64,000 nucleotides of DNA from Asterias rubens. Lineage: Eukaryota. The stretch is taken from assembly GCF_902459465.1 (NCBI RefSeq), contig NC_047077.1, positions 8,928,001 through 8,992,000 of the forward strand. Direction: 5' to 3'. The position numbers were made by a program, and so were the translations under genes. The notes under the pieces are model-generated. The model saw only the letters and a list, made by a program, of their open reading frames with translations, had not been told where the DNA came from and searched no databases. Shown in pieces: positions 23,201 through 35,300 of this stretch; positions within the stretch are counted from its first letter, which is position 1, and each line of letters begins with the position of its first letter.

Positions 23201-24823
23201 CTGTATTGTATGCTGGCTGGTAACCTAATTTTGCTTAGCAAGGGTCTCCCGTGCTTAAAGGCTTTTGGGATAGATATAGTGCTAGAATGTAAAAAAAACT
23301 GAACTGTCAGACTATAGGCGCAAAGCGTGAAAACGGAGTGTAAAGCCTGCTTACATACATTTATCTTTTGTTTTAAAACCCCTACTCTAATCTGGGGCGT
23401 TCTATGTATATGGTTTTTACTTCTCGTTTTAATAAAATTTATCTCAATTATAAATTTTGTTAACAAATTTTTTTTGAGGGGTGGTAAAAAAATGTACTTC
23501 TGGGTAAAACCTGAGAAAACACATCCATGTATACAATAGCCTGAACATCTGACGTCACACTGAGGCTCTTGAATAACGCCAGAGACTGGTCTCCAGCCAG
23601 CGTGTACATGCACCTTTGACCTACATTCATTTCACATAGAGATACGCAGTCAAATTCTATGGGGGACGTGATAGGAGTGTACACTGTTTGGGAATGTATG
23701 GAAAGCTCATGTCACTGGATGTGCATGTTTATCCAATGGTATCATTGTATCCAATGGAATCACTGGATCTGAGTTGCAGGTACCTGTGGATAAAGACAGG
23801 GGCCCAGTCTATGTATACAACAGTTATTGATAAAATGGTTGTTTTGTCTCTTCAGGTTATTCATTGTAAGTTATCGCAGTGTGAGCAAGTGGCTCATGAT
23901 GATAAGACGGCCCTCCAGATGTTTTGCCAACTTGCTCTGGGGAAAAGTCTCCTAGCTGAAGTTGTCTCAAGGTGAGTGGGTTTGGGGTCAAAGGTGAAAT
24001 ATTGCACTGGTGTTCAGTTTTGAAAAATTAATCTGTTTTATGCATGAAGCTTATTTTCTTCTGAAGACGAGCAGAGTATACTGTTTGCAAAGTCGAGACC
24101 ACACCCAACACTTCTCCCAAAAGAGATTTTACACTTACATGTTGTTGTACCCACATGGTTGCTTTTATTTATAGTTCATTCTAACCTTATGAAGCTCTTG
24201 TTGCTAATATTCCATTGTCCTTGCTGTAATTTTCTTTTTATTTTATTGAAAATTTACTTGCAATTTGACTGATGCCTCGAATTTTAAATTTTTGAATGAA
24301 CCATGTATGAATAAATTAATAAAAGTAGGAATTATTTATATTGTTACGAGTGGGGGAAAAATATGAAAAATGATGAGAAAATAGTCTGAAAATGTTTAGT
24401 TAAAGCATACACCATGTGTAGGTCAGCCTTTGTACTCGGTTTTATACTTACACTTTTTTTCAGGAATAATTTTCATGCCTTCTTATTGAATGTATTATAA
24501 TATATTATAGTCACAACTTTTTTTTTTTATATGGCTTATGCCCCTGTATAGATTTTGCAAGTTTTTATTAACATCTTTAAACTTTCAGACTGGTTACCAA
24601 TTTTGGTCTTGCAGTATATAATGTGATGTACATGTTTTTACCCCAAAGTTCCCCACAATATTGAAAACCTTGCAAGACTTATACACACTCTATTTCCGTC
24701 CGTCGTTTTTTATTTGTCGGTTTTCTGTTTTGTTTTAACAGAGATGGTGACCGGATAGAGATGGAGCTTTTTGATAGCTCAGATGTATCCATCCTGGAGC
24801 AGTGTTCAACTGCTGGAATATAA
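8300..24823 (+). CDS. tdrd7: TDRD7-like LOTUS/dsRBD/Tudor protein, 13 exons, about 1411 aa
   Basis: Phase-consistent exons: 8300-8393, 9898-10003, 11350-11449, 11979-12981, 13257-13426, 15264-15394, 15739-15870, 16405-18102 (alternative donor 18093), 20857-21211, 21966-22118, 22974-23069, 23856-23971, 24742-24823; total 4236 nt. The N-terminus GVALNRLQGEYQALLGETIPFKEFGFPSLEAYLKSIPAVV closely resembles TDRD7 LOTUS1 as recalled (GVALPRLQGEY...IPFKQLGFPTLEAYLRSVPAVV). LOTUS2 is VLGEKPNGLWASAL...ILYP. The extended Tudor includes WLRVQV, CFLLDHGDTE and FLQLPFQVIHCKL. Orthology versus paralogy is not established. Confidence 0.85.
10098..10497 (-). mobile_element. MITE family 1, reverse orientation (TDRD7-like intron 2)
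   Basis: Begins ...gcagtggacactattggtaattactcaaa and ends tttgacaattaccaatagtgtccagtgtctttaa. Confidence 0.85.
10549..10898 (-). mobile_element. MITE family 1, divergent subfamily, reverse orientation
   Basis: caaggcactggac ... gacaattatcgaaggtgtccagtgccttta; the body resembles 2799-3174. Confidence 0.7.
11979..12981 (+). CDS. TDRD7-like exon 4: low-complexity region with 11 octapeptide repeats (QQSRPTAx)
   Basis: Acceptor aatttag at 11978, donor g|gtaagc at 12981. In frame with the provided ORF 12030-13007. Confidence 0.8.
13455..13815 (+). mobile_element. MITE family 1, 28 nt downstream of the TDRD7-like exon 5 donor
   Basis: Both TIRs and TTAA are present. Confidence 0.85.
14165..15121. 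mobile_element. Non-autonomous TIR element (957 bp) with a 6-bp target duplication, inserted into a SINE
   Basis: TIR tagggccactgattttccg / cggaaaatcagtggcccta. Direct repeat ggtatc at 14159-14164 and 15122-15127. Subterminal aacggaa repeats; no transposase ORF. Confidence 0.85.
16405..18102 (+). CDS. TDRD7-like exon 8 (1.7 kb): dsRBD-like, ~69-aa His/Cys repeats, second dsRBD-like
   Basis: Acceptor cctaacccag at 16404 keeps phase 2 and opens into ORF 16511-18154. dsRBD-like 1 spans about 16487-16681 (LRNVCKRQNLPVEFY...AHGLTIGTAKQAAAGEIL). dsRBD-like 2 spans about 17525-17713 (IYETV...VGIGRGGTKTEARKAALEDLL). Confidence 0.8.
19116..19496 (+). mobile_element. MITE family 1, full copy
   Basis: Both TIRs and TTAA are present. 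Confidence 0.85.
19915..20161. mobile_element. Palindromic MITE (cagggcccaatttcat family)
   Basis: Long inverted arms cagggcccaatttcatagagctgcttaagca. Relatives occur at 38807-39002, about 23103-23260, about 37838-38015 and about 40440-40490. Confidence 0.8.
20211..20330 (+). pseudogene. Degenerate intronic copy of the exon-8 His/Cys repeat unit
   Basis: Translates as CPCFDR*VESPFQIWVSQEDCIDRTKAIVYVEKVQEQN, colinear with CSCFGGRGTCPFQIPVSPEDCMERAKAY-DEKAQEQN, and contains an in-frame TGA. Confidence 0.7.
21483..21813. mobile_element. Two abutting small TIR elements (21483-21668 and 21666-21813), possibly Harbinger-like
   Basis: First: taaagcttggttcatacttcctgcgaatgcgaatgcg and its inverse. 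Second: ttaggccgtatcggaatt / aattcaaacacgaccttaa. Both are flanked by TAA/TTA. Confidence 0.65.
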
Positions 24824-27800
24824 ACCAAACATGCGCTACTTTTCTAAAACATTTTTTTAGTCGCAATCTTGATGGAAGTGATTGTTGTCTCCTTGTTGGT
24901 TATTCTTAAGACATGAAGACACCTATATGTAGACCCTCTTAGAGACCCTGGAATATAAACCAAAAATGCGCTGCTTTTCTACGCTGTTTTTTTTTATACT
25001 CTTAATTCTGGTGGAATGGATGGTTTTCTCTTTGTTGGTTATTCTTAGGGTGTGAAGTCACCTCGTCCCTCTTTGAGATCCCGGTTCTGTCCAATCTGTT
25101 TGAGCACCATGAGCGAATAATGGACAGTGGTAGTCTAAAGTCCAAGCCAAGGCCTTTGTATTATAGATGTCTCTTTTGGTTTTGTTTATGTTACTCAGAT
25201 ACTAATTCTGGTTAGGGTCGGCCATAATATGCCCAGAGACCCTTTGAAGTGGATGTCACTTTTTAACCTTTCAAAGAACAATGTAACGCACAGCAATGTG
25301 GGATGAATTTGTTGTAGATAGGATTTTAACAGTACTTTCTTGTTCTGGTCTCACAGCTAAATGTGTGTGTACGTGTAAGTTCAGGGAGGACTGGGAGTGG
25401 GGTAGAAAAATCACCAGTGCATTGAAAATTGAAATTGTAAAATGGTTGCCTTTTTCAAACCCTCTTTGTACAAAAGCTATAAATATAATAACAGACAAAG
25501 AAAAGCTTTAGTCCATGTGATAGGCCTACGTATGTTCTGGCAAAATAAGGCAGAACTGTACAAGGTAGGTTGAATAAAACTGTGCGCTAGTTGTTAAGTT
25601 TTCATGAGATTTCAGTAGCACTGTAAGCCGTAAGATGAGTAGCTTGGGCTTTATCTTTTGCTAGAACGTGAGGCATGGCATGGGCGCCATTTTGGTAATA
25701 AAATCATTGTTGTAGCGTTGACAATGATTGATAGCAATACTCATTGATCTATGGTTGCATTTCAAGTTGCCGCTTACTAAAATGGTGTCCGATGCATGTT
25801 CGCACAATTGTGTCTTTAAAAACTTTTTAAAACTTGTGATTGAAATGTATTATTACAATAACGAACGCATTTGTATGCAGGCCCTATACTCTGTTCCTGT
25901 GAGGGCAAGGGCATTTTTTTTTTTATAGTAAAGGGCACCTTCTTGAAGTTGCCACTTAAATTTTTCAAGAGGCACAATCAAGGAATTGGTGAAGGATTTG
26001 GGGGCAGTCGTCTTGACTCCTTCAAGTATCATGCTTGTCTCAAATTATTTTCAAAAACCCTTTTAGGAACTAATAAAAACTCGTTCAGGTTTTTTATTTG
26101 ATCTGATTTGGAAAGAACACATAAATCCTTCTTGCCTATTGATAACATTCCATGAATAGCTTTGAACCAAAATGCCCTTTATTTTTGTTTATCTTCAATC
26201 GATGTCCTTTAATCTTGCTTTACTTGTTATTTCGTTGTTGTACATGTTTTTTTTTTCCAATTAGCATAAGTCCATATCTTGCTTTTTATATTTTTACTTT
26301 AACAAATTGAGAAAATTAAAAGAGAACACAATGCCTAGGAGGTTGATCTCAAGTAGTTGCGGGAGAAGAGGCTCAACTTCTTTGAGGAAATGTTTTAGTA
26401 TAACAACCAAATTTCAGATTTATTAAGCCAATCGTTATTTTGTTCACATTTTAAGAAAAATATGTTCTTTGACCTACGTTTGTACTCTAGTACTCTGGAG
26501 ACAATGTTACTAATAATGCTCTGTGAAATCTTGACTTTATTGGTTACCAAAAGGTGGAAATCTATTTCTACCTCGATGTTTCACCGAAGCTTGACAAATT
26601 TGAGTCCTAGTTTTTAACTTTTTTTTGTCGGCAACAACTATCACATATCTGGTAATACATTCATCTTCTTACACCACACAATTTATCCCTGGCGCTCCCA
26701 AATGCTCTACTCAAGACATGCAAGAAGTTATACATATCACTTTGTACATGCATGATATCCTTCCTACAGGTACTTAAGTTTTTGTTGTTGTTTTTTTTAG
26801 CCCTCAGAAAAACAAGCAATTTTTTATTTTAAATGCACTATCATGGGTACAAAAGCCTTAACCAAATACTTGTAGGTCAGCCCTTGTACTCCGCAAAGTT
26901 TTCATAATTGTTTTTACAAGAGACAAATTTAGATGTATATAGGATTTGACACTTCTAGGTTCTAAATAACCATTACATATACATGCATGTCCATATAACC
27001 TGTGACATCAGGTTTATTACAAAAGAGCAACAGATCATGGACTGTCTACCATGTGTGCAGGCAAAATTTGTACACAGATCAATGGAAGATAACACTAATA
27101 CTGGGGGCGCATCTCAAAACTTGTTCAATAAGTTGATATTTTTCAACTCTGGAATTTATGTGGTTATTATGATTCAAAGTGTTAACTTTTCCATCATTAT
27201 TATGACAATTTTGAAATCTACACCATACATGTATGTCAGCCATTGTACTAAATCACAATTGCTGCACAAACGATGTAATGTATATGCAATGTAAATAAGA
27301 AACCTACATGTATGTTGAAATATCACAACATGTTTTGCTTATTTGACTTCATTCTACAAATACACCCCCGTACCAGTGTTCCTGTCATTTGACGCACGGT
27401 TTGTTTACTGCATTTAAGTGAGGGAACAGGGTACATGTATATGGCCTTTCTTTCTGACTGTTGAGCAGAGACAAAGTCTTTTCCATTCTTTCGCAAAACT
27501 GTTATTAAACCATGAAGTCATAAGTGCTAAGGTCTAAAAATTGGTGTTTAGAGGACATTTTGCTTTTGTTGGAAATTCTTAAAGGATTGGTCTAGGTATT
27601 AAATGTGTATGTAAAAAAAATATTGGTGAAGTCTATTATTAGTTTAACAAACAACCCAATCCAAACATTTAAAGTCATCTTTTTTTTTTACCTAAAGAAT
27701 CACTTTGGTACATATAGTACATGGATGTCCGATATTGAAATGATTTCATTATCAGTCCGAATACTTGATGTCCTGTGTGTGCATGGGATCTTTTTCTGGT

Positions 27801-28195
27801 CAAGTACTTATTTCTTGTTGTCAATCCCTTAACCTGTTGTAATTACAGTACATGTTTCAATCAAGCCAAATTTGTCTGTGTGGTGATGTTTAAAATGTAC
27901 TTATTTTTATATTGATTTTATTTCTATACAAAGTTACTTTTAAATAGTTTTGTAAAACCTTGATGGTGATGCACGTAAATAAAAAGAAAACAGATGTTAA
28001 ATAAATGTAGTTTCATATCTTTGAATCGTTTTATTTTTACAAATTTACAATTTTAAATGCCATTTGGCAGAAGGGTGACTCAAACAAGTCACACGCCTGT
28101 GAGACTTTGATTTTAATATCGTCCAATCATCCCATTTCATTTCAATGTAACCAAACGGAGGATTGAATGAAAACAAAAGTCTGGTTCTTTCAATG

Positions 28196-28545
28196 CTTAG
28201 TGGTGTAGTGTATCGGACTTGAGTTTTGTGGTTAAGTCAATAGGGTATGGGATTGAATCTCGGTTGTGACACTTGTGTCTTCGAGCAAGATGCTTTACTA
28301 TAATAAAATTTCTGCCCTTCACCCATGGGTATTTATTGTAAATGGTCAGCTGCAAGGGAAGAGGTTCATACAACAGTGTTTAGAAAAAAGCCTTCGGGGT
28401 GCCATGGCTGTATACTCCCCAGGGAGATGAGAAAGATTATGAGGATTGTTGTTGGCATGGCCGGCCCAATGACCAGTGCTCGATTTCACAAACCACAAAG
28501 ATTCATCGTAAGAGGAGTTATCAGGCTATACGGATTTGTATTGTG
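28196..28545 (+). mobile_element. tRNA-derived SINE, degenerate
   Basis: tRNA-like head followed by gtgacacttgtgtcttcgagcaagatgctttac and the ggctgtatactccccagggag block shared with 39655-39955. Confidence 0.6.
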
Positions 28546-28602
28546 ACATCACACTTTACTTAGCAACTACAAATACAATTGATTTTCAGTTTAGATCAAT
28601 CC

Positions 28603-28926
28603 TAGAGCAAGTTCGAGTGTGCACAATGGTTAACTAAAGGTTGACCATTTGCACTCGAACCCAGGCTGGTCGACCATTGGTTGACTACTGTGGTCGACCA
28701 TTTGGAACCAGTGTCGAGCCCATGGTTTATTCACTGGTCCCAACAGTATGTTCCATTCTAACATGTGTTAAGCGCAGAGGGGAACCAGCAAAACAGTAGC
28801 GAAAAGGCGGAAGGTTGACTACACTTCCAAATGAGTCGTTCGGGTGGGTGCGTCATTGCGCATGTACGTTGCTTGTCAGTAGTCAACCATGGGTCGACTA
28901 ATTGTGCCCACTCGAACTTGCTCCTA
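28603..28926. mobile_element. TIR MITE
   Basis: tagagcaagttcgagtgtgcacaat / attgtgcccactcgaacttgctccta, with internal gtcgacc repeats. Confidence 0.75.
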
Positions 28927-29039
28927 CATGTACATGTAGCTCTTTGTGAAATCGGCCCCAGGGCAACTGGTTGGCTGGTGTCATTGTCTACGCACAACTT
29001 CTTCAGTTCTGTTTACTTCATCAAATGATGGTTGCGATA

Positions 29040-29327
29040 TGAAGCCAAGCTAGATTGGCTAGTCTTGTAACTGCATGGTATCTTCATGATGTCTGTCAGC
29101 TTGATCTCACTCATGGTTGCGTTTGAAGCCAAGCTATTCTGTCTTGTTCCAGTTTCAGTTTACAAGCTAGCTTGGCTTGTCTCAGTTGCAGTTAAAAAGG
29201 TAGCCTGGCTTGTTTCATGGCTGCATCAGTGTGAAGCCAAGGTAGCCTGGTTTTTCTCATGGTTGCAGATTTGAAGCCAAGGTAGCCTGGCTCATCTCAT
29301 GGTAGCAGTTTGAAGCCAAGGTAGCCT
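29040..29327 (+). repeat. Degenerate ~40-bp minisatellite just 3' of the TUBGCP5 stop codon
   Basis: Repeated gaagccaaggtagcctggct..ctcatggttgc. Confidence 0.7.
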
Positions 29328-29341
29328 TACTCCTCTATAAA

Positions 29342-32300
29342 TCATCTCTGCCTCGTTTCTTTAACCCCCTTAGCTTCATCCTGTGACTGGGTCAGAGACA
29401 GGGCTAATGCTTCCACTGTAATAAGAAATAAAGAGTTCGAATTAACTTTTCCTTCCTGTATAACAATTCATGTCTCTGAGAAAGACGCGACAGTGAATTC
29501 TTGTTATACAAATCAATTATAGAAAGAAAAAAAAAAGTTTCATCAGCATCTCGGAACATTTTAAAGGGAAGGTACACGTTGGGTAATCGAGCGTACAGCA
29601 AATGGGTGAGAGTTCATAATTCAATGTATACGATCACAGGTATGCCTTGATCATGGCGGCATAGCCCCTTTAACCAATCTTTTTCCAAAGCCCAAATCAC
29701 TTAACAGAGAAAAATCTTCATCAGATAAACTTACAGTGTGGGAATGCTCCTCTTTTGTTGATGTTATTCAACATGGTCAGAAGGAATGTGCTACAGTTAC
29801 TGAACTCTCTCAACATCTTGTCAATACTCTCAGCACTGTCAAATGAAAGATGAAATAAAAGTGAATTTAGAATTTAATTTAATTCAGTGAAACATTTAAG
29901 GCAGACCTCAAATTTTGTCTCACTTAACATTTTGAAGGGCACCAAGGCCAAAAGGATGGACACCAAGGCCAAACAATGCCCTGAGAAAAGGGCATCAAAA
30001 TAAAATTGTTGATGCTGACTTAAAAGATTGCGATTAATTTAACTTAAATCTATAGTAGTAAGTATTTACATTTATTACATACAATGTACATGTACATAAT
30101 CACGTACAATTCAATTCATTTGGCACTAGCTGACGTGAACCAGTGCTAAGTGCACACCGTTGCTGCTACCAACGAAAGCCAGCCTAGTAAATTTGCTCTT
30201 GCACAGGCCAGCTCATGTTTCAAATTTTACCTTGAGACAGAGTAAAGGGGTCATAGGGTCAAGGGTTTGACTTACCTGAATGCATTGAGTCCGGTATCCC
30301 ACCTCCTCTGGAATACTAGTGCTAGATTGAGGACCTTAGTGACTGCCTCCCGCACCAGACCAACCTTCTTGTGTAGAAGGCAGCGTTCTGAGATGGTGTT
30401 GAGGTAGTTAGCATGAATCTCAATAATCTCCTCCAGGTCATTAGCTTGATCGATTTCGGACTGGAACTCAAGACCGGTACTGTGGAGAATCTGTAATTAC
30501 AAAATGTTACTTAAGACCAGAGTTGCTAACAGTTGCACTCTGCATAATGATTTGTACACTTTAAATGGATTGAGACTAAAGGCAAGGAAAAACCTTAAAT
30601 AAGAAATTACAAAATATTTCTCAACAGTTTCCTACTGAAGTAAGAAATTAGCAAGAGGTTTTTTTTACTGATGAAAAACTTTTTATAGAACATATAACTC
30701 AAATTAGTAGAGGGTCCTCTTACTTGGAAACTTCTTAATATAAGAATTGTTTTAACATTTCTTACTTGTATGTCTTTTCTTATAAGATTCTAATATAATT
30801 CTGGCTCTCGTATAAGAATTTTACTACCACAAACACTTCTTACATGTCTTATATTCAAAGATTGAGGGATAAAACTGAAGTACTTTGAAGTGAAAAGTTT
30901 CTCAAAATGTATGATACTATTCAAAGCTGTTGTACTTCTTACCAAAAAAGTTTATAATATTATTACCAAACATAAACAGACCATTTAAGCACAAAACATA
31001 GCTGATCAGCACAGTAAAAATAAAAAGCTTTAACTGAACATAAAAGCTACCAGTGAAAATACCATTCCAAATGTATGATCTGAGGCTAGTATCCTGCTTA
31101 CTTTTGCTGGGCAGAAAGTTGTTAAACACACTGGACACTATTGATAATTGTCAAAGACCAGAAGACTAGCCTTCACAGTTGGTGTATCTCAACATATGCA
31201 TAGAATAATAAACCTATGAAAATTTGAGCTCAATCGGTCATCGAACTTGCGAGATAATAATGAAAGCAAAAAAAACACCCTTGTCTCAAAAAGTTGTACA
31301 TGTATGCATTTAGCAGGTTGATTTCGAAACCTCAAGTTCTAAATCTGAGGTCTCAAAATCAAATTCGTGGAAAATTACTTCTTTCTAGAAAACTATGGCA
31401 CTTCAGAGGGAGCCGTTTCTCACAATGTTTTATACTATCAACCTCTCCCCATTACGCGTAATCAAGAAAGGTTTTATACTTTTTTGAGTAATTACCAATA
31501 GTGTCCACTGCCTTTAAGAATGCGCTTGAAGTGATCTTGTATAATATGAAAAAAACATAGACTGTCTTTTAAAGTCTTGTACCTATACTCACCCTAGACA
31601 TAAGGTAGCTGTGCACCGCATTGACAAAGTGGACCAGCTTGAAGCGGAAGAGGTATGCCCTGTGCAGGAGTTGGTCCTTAGATAGAACTTGGCTCTTAGG
31701 AGATAGTGAGGGTGCCTGGGTGCCCCTTAGAGGGGGTTTAGACTCTGAGGATTCAGCCTGGGATGCAGAGTGACTCAGTGCTAAGTTTGAATCAAGTAAT
31801 AAAAACCATTAACGATAATGGGTCATTTGGGCTGTAATTTGACACATGTCACCCTGTGTAGGAGTTGGTCCTTAGTTAGTACTAGGCCCCTTAGAGGGAG
31901 TTTAGACTCCAAGGATTCAGCCTGGGATGCAGAATGACTCAGTGCCAAGTTGGAATCAAGTAATAGAATTGATATCAATGATAATGGGTCCTCTGATGTA
32001 ATTTAACACAGGATCTGGAGAATAAGTTTTACCATTATAATTTATTGTATTATTGAAACAAAGGATGCTTGATGTGTGCTCCTCAACTTGCAAGTCTATA
32101 AATAAACAGTCCTATAAACAAAGGTGCTTGGTACATGATCCAGACACACTGGAGTTAACGGGAGCTTCGGGTTAAAGATCCTATGTCAGATTTTTGGCCC
32201 CAAACATTAAAAAATAGATTTTTTTTGAGTGAATGGTATTTCAAAGAGTATCACCCGCTCTAACTAAAAAACTTTTTACTTTACTTTTACTAACTTTTAC

Positions 32301-35300
32301 TTTTAATGGTCAGGAACCATGACAAAAATTTAAAAAGTTTCTTATAAAACACATAAGAATTGGTCACGTGATATATTGTCGTGATCCCGACAAAAACTAA
32401 TTTTGAGCACTTTATTTCACTGCTACTAATAATTGGCAGACTTTTTCGAGCAACGGCTCAAATGAAAGCTTGTAACTTTCTCGACTCCCATCAAAATACC
32501 TATTTAATTTTAAATCAAAATTTGTGGGTCAAATCGGCCAAAAATCTGACATTATAGCATCTTTAATGTCCCAGTGAAGGATAAAAGCAATCATGGTGAA
32601 GTATCTTGCTTATGAACACAATACTCGAACCCTCACTCTGCTGACCAGAAACACCAGAGCTCGAGTCTGGTGCTCTTATAAACCACTCTCAAATTAACAT
32701 AGAAACCGAATTCCCACTTTGTGGCCTCCAACTGTCCAAGGTAAATCTTGTAACAGTGTTTATTGGGACAGAAGAAGATGGGATTTGATGTTGGGAGGGA
32801 GGGGTAGGTAAGACATCGATGTGTAAATGTAGAAGTGAACTCACATGTGAAGCTTAGTTGGTCCAGACTGTACTTTGCCCTCTTCACCTGTAGTAGAAAC
32901 CTGAATACCTGATTGTACACCAAGATGGCATCCTCGTCAATAATGATGTCTAGAGGCCAAGGAACCTGTCACAAAAGTCCACCCATAAAAAATGTTCACC
33001 TCTGCAGACATGTCGGTTTGTGATACAAATTAGCAATAGACCTCAAACAATTAAGATAAGAAGACTTCTCATTTTGAATAATTTTAACAAACAATCTGTT
33101 CATTGAAAATGAAACATTACATGTTAGTGTCATACCTTGTAGTAAAGTGTCAGTCCGTCTAGAGCATGGATTGGCTGGATTGCAACAGTAGAGGGTGCAC
33201 TAGCTGGCTCAAAACTCACTGTTAACCTGTACAGCAGTATAAAATTAAACCAGAAGTTGATGTTTATTTTTGTAAAGACACATAACTTATGTTACCGGTT
33301 ATTGTAAAGTTGCACTGTGCAACTGTATACATGTATATCATTTGAGAATCTCAAGCTCTCTTCATTCTGTAGCTAAATGTACCTTTACTGTATGTACAAG
33401 CTTTCAACTGGGACTCTGCACCCCACTGCACTCTCTAGCTACATGTAGTGGTCATGCTCAAGTATTTCTTTACCTTCAAGGTACTATTAAACGTATCTAC
33501 TGTGTACGTTACATCGTTGGATAATGTACAGCCCATTTCACTCTGTAGCTAGTGGTTATAGTACTAAAATGGTAATGTAACTTATCTGCAAGCTCATCTG
33601 CAGCCCTCCAATTTACTATTATTATCATCATTACAAGTTACTTACCTGTCAGCATCATTAGGGAATCTTGGGCCCACTGCCGTCTGTAGCTGGTAATTAA
33701 GCTGAAGTGATTCCTGCCAGTGTCTATCATGATGACCGTGTTTCAGTTTATCAAACAGGTCAGATAGGAAGTCAACCATGGTGTCACCGGCCTCGCACAG
33801 GTAGAACTTCTGTTAATGCCAAACAGAGCAAGTACAAACTTGGTTGAGGTTTGCATTTTGCAGTTGCACCATGTGTTGGTTCTGAGAAGAACCGGTGGTT
33901 AAAGACCTGCTTGAACGAAAATGTCAAGTCGTGAACTATGCTGTATTTCGCTTAAAATGTTTTCAATGAATAAGGAAATTGAGTCATAAGATGATAAATA
34001 CAGATTTCAATTGTATAAAAAAAACAATCATTTTGAATGACCTTATCCAGCACTTTTCTGAGATCTTTGCGAAACTACTCTCGTCATAGTTGGGAGCTCC
34101 AATTTGTAAAGCCGTTTTGTTGCAGCGTGGAGGTATAACAAAGCAAACTCCCAGACATGACGTCAGCGGCATTGTCCTTTGACTCGCGCCGGCAGAATTG
34201 TTTTTAGTTTTTCAAAACCTTTAAGTTGGGGCCTGATTTTTTAATTGAACATTACGAAAAATTCAGAAGTGTACACATATCAAAATGACCTTAAAATGGT
34301 GAACAAGTGCATTATAAACAAGTTATAAATACCAACTCCATTGAAAACATTCCGCTCAGGTAGCTGTTTAACGACTCAACTAGACTCAATGACTGGAACA
34401 AGTTGCCTATAAATATTGTCTCATGCAGACACAGCCTACTGTACTCACCCTCATAGAAGCAAAGGTCTCCATCAGATGGTAGTCTCTTCTCAAGGTGTTA
34501 ACCAACTCCCTGCAGATGACATTACACTTGGCCAGTAACAGTGGATAAAGACAACGGTGTAAGAGTAATTGTAGAGGCTTTATTTGACTAGTGATGGCTG
34601 AGCTAAAGTCTGGTAATGAAGACCAACTGAAAAAAAGAAAGGAGAATTTCACAGCCATTTGTTCAACTCTCAAGACCAGGCCCAAGAATTTTGTTTAGTG
34701 TGTCGTCGCTCGTGGCCAACTAAAGGGCTGTTATCCAAGGTTGTCAATATTTTCACATCACTTCATTTCTCCATTCACAGAGCTAGCTTCCAGTTACTCA
34801 ACGCATAAATAACGAGATCCTTTGCTCACTTCTGCGACTAAATTTCTACAAAAGTTCCAATGCATTCCAAGTAATAATAATACTAATAATAACTGTATTT
34901 ATAAAGCGCCCATCACCTTCAGATGAAAGTCTCTAAGCAATCAGAAGAACAAAACACAAAACTACATAATCAATAAAAATACAATTGATTGTACCTAGCA
35001 AGTTCAGCATCATCAGGTTTGGAGCCAAAATATTCCAAATCTGAAAACCAATCTTGGAAGTTCTTAGCCATGAAAGGATCTCTTATGCCGTGGTTTTCAA
35101 GCTGATTCAGCAAGCTGGTTATGGTGGGTTTGTCAACGGCAGTCAGCTTTGAATTGGCTGAGCTTAAAACCTTGTCTTTGGCGTTGGTCGGTGTCTTGTT
35201 CTCTTTGGCGTTGTGCAGTGTCCGTTCATGGAGGAGGGTCGAAATAGATGAGGAGAAGTCGTTGTAGATGGAGCTTTTCTCTAATCAAATGAAACACATT

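Noticed and set aside
23029-23613. 194-aa minus-strand ORF
   Set aside because: It runs through intronic repeat fragments antisense to the TDRD7-like gene, with no domain signal.
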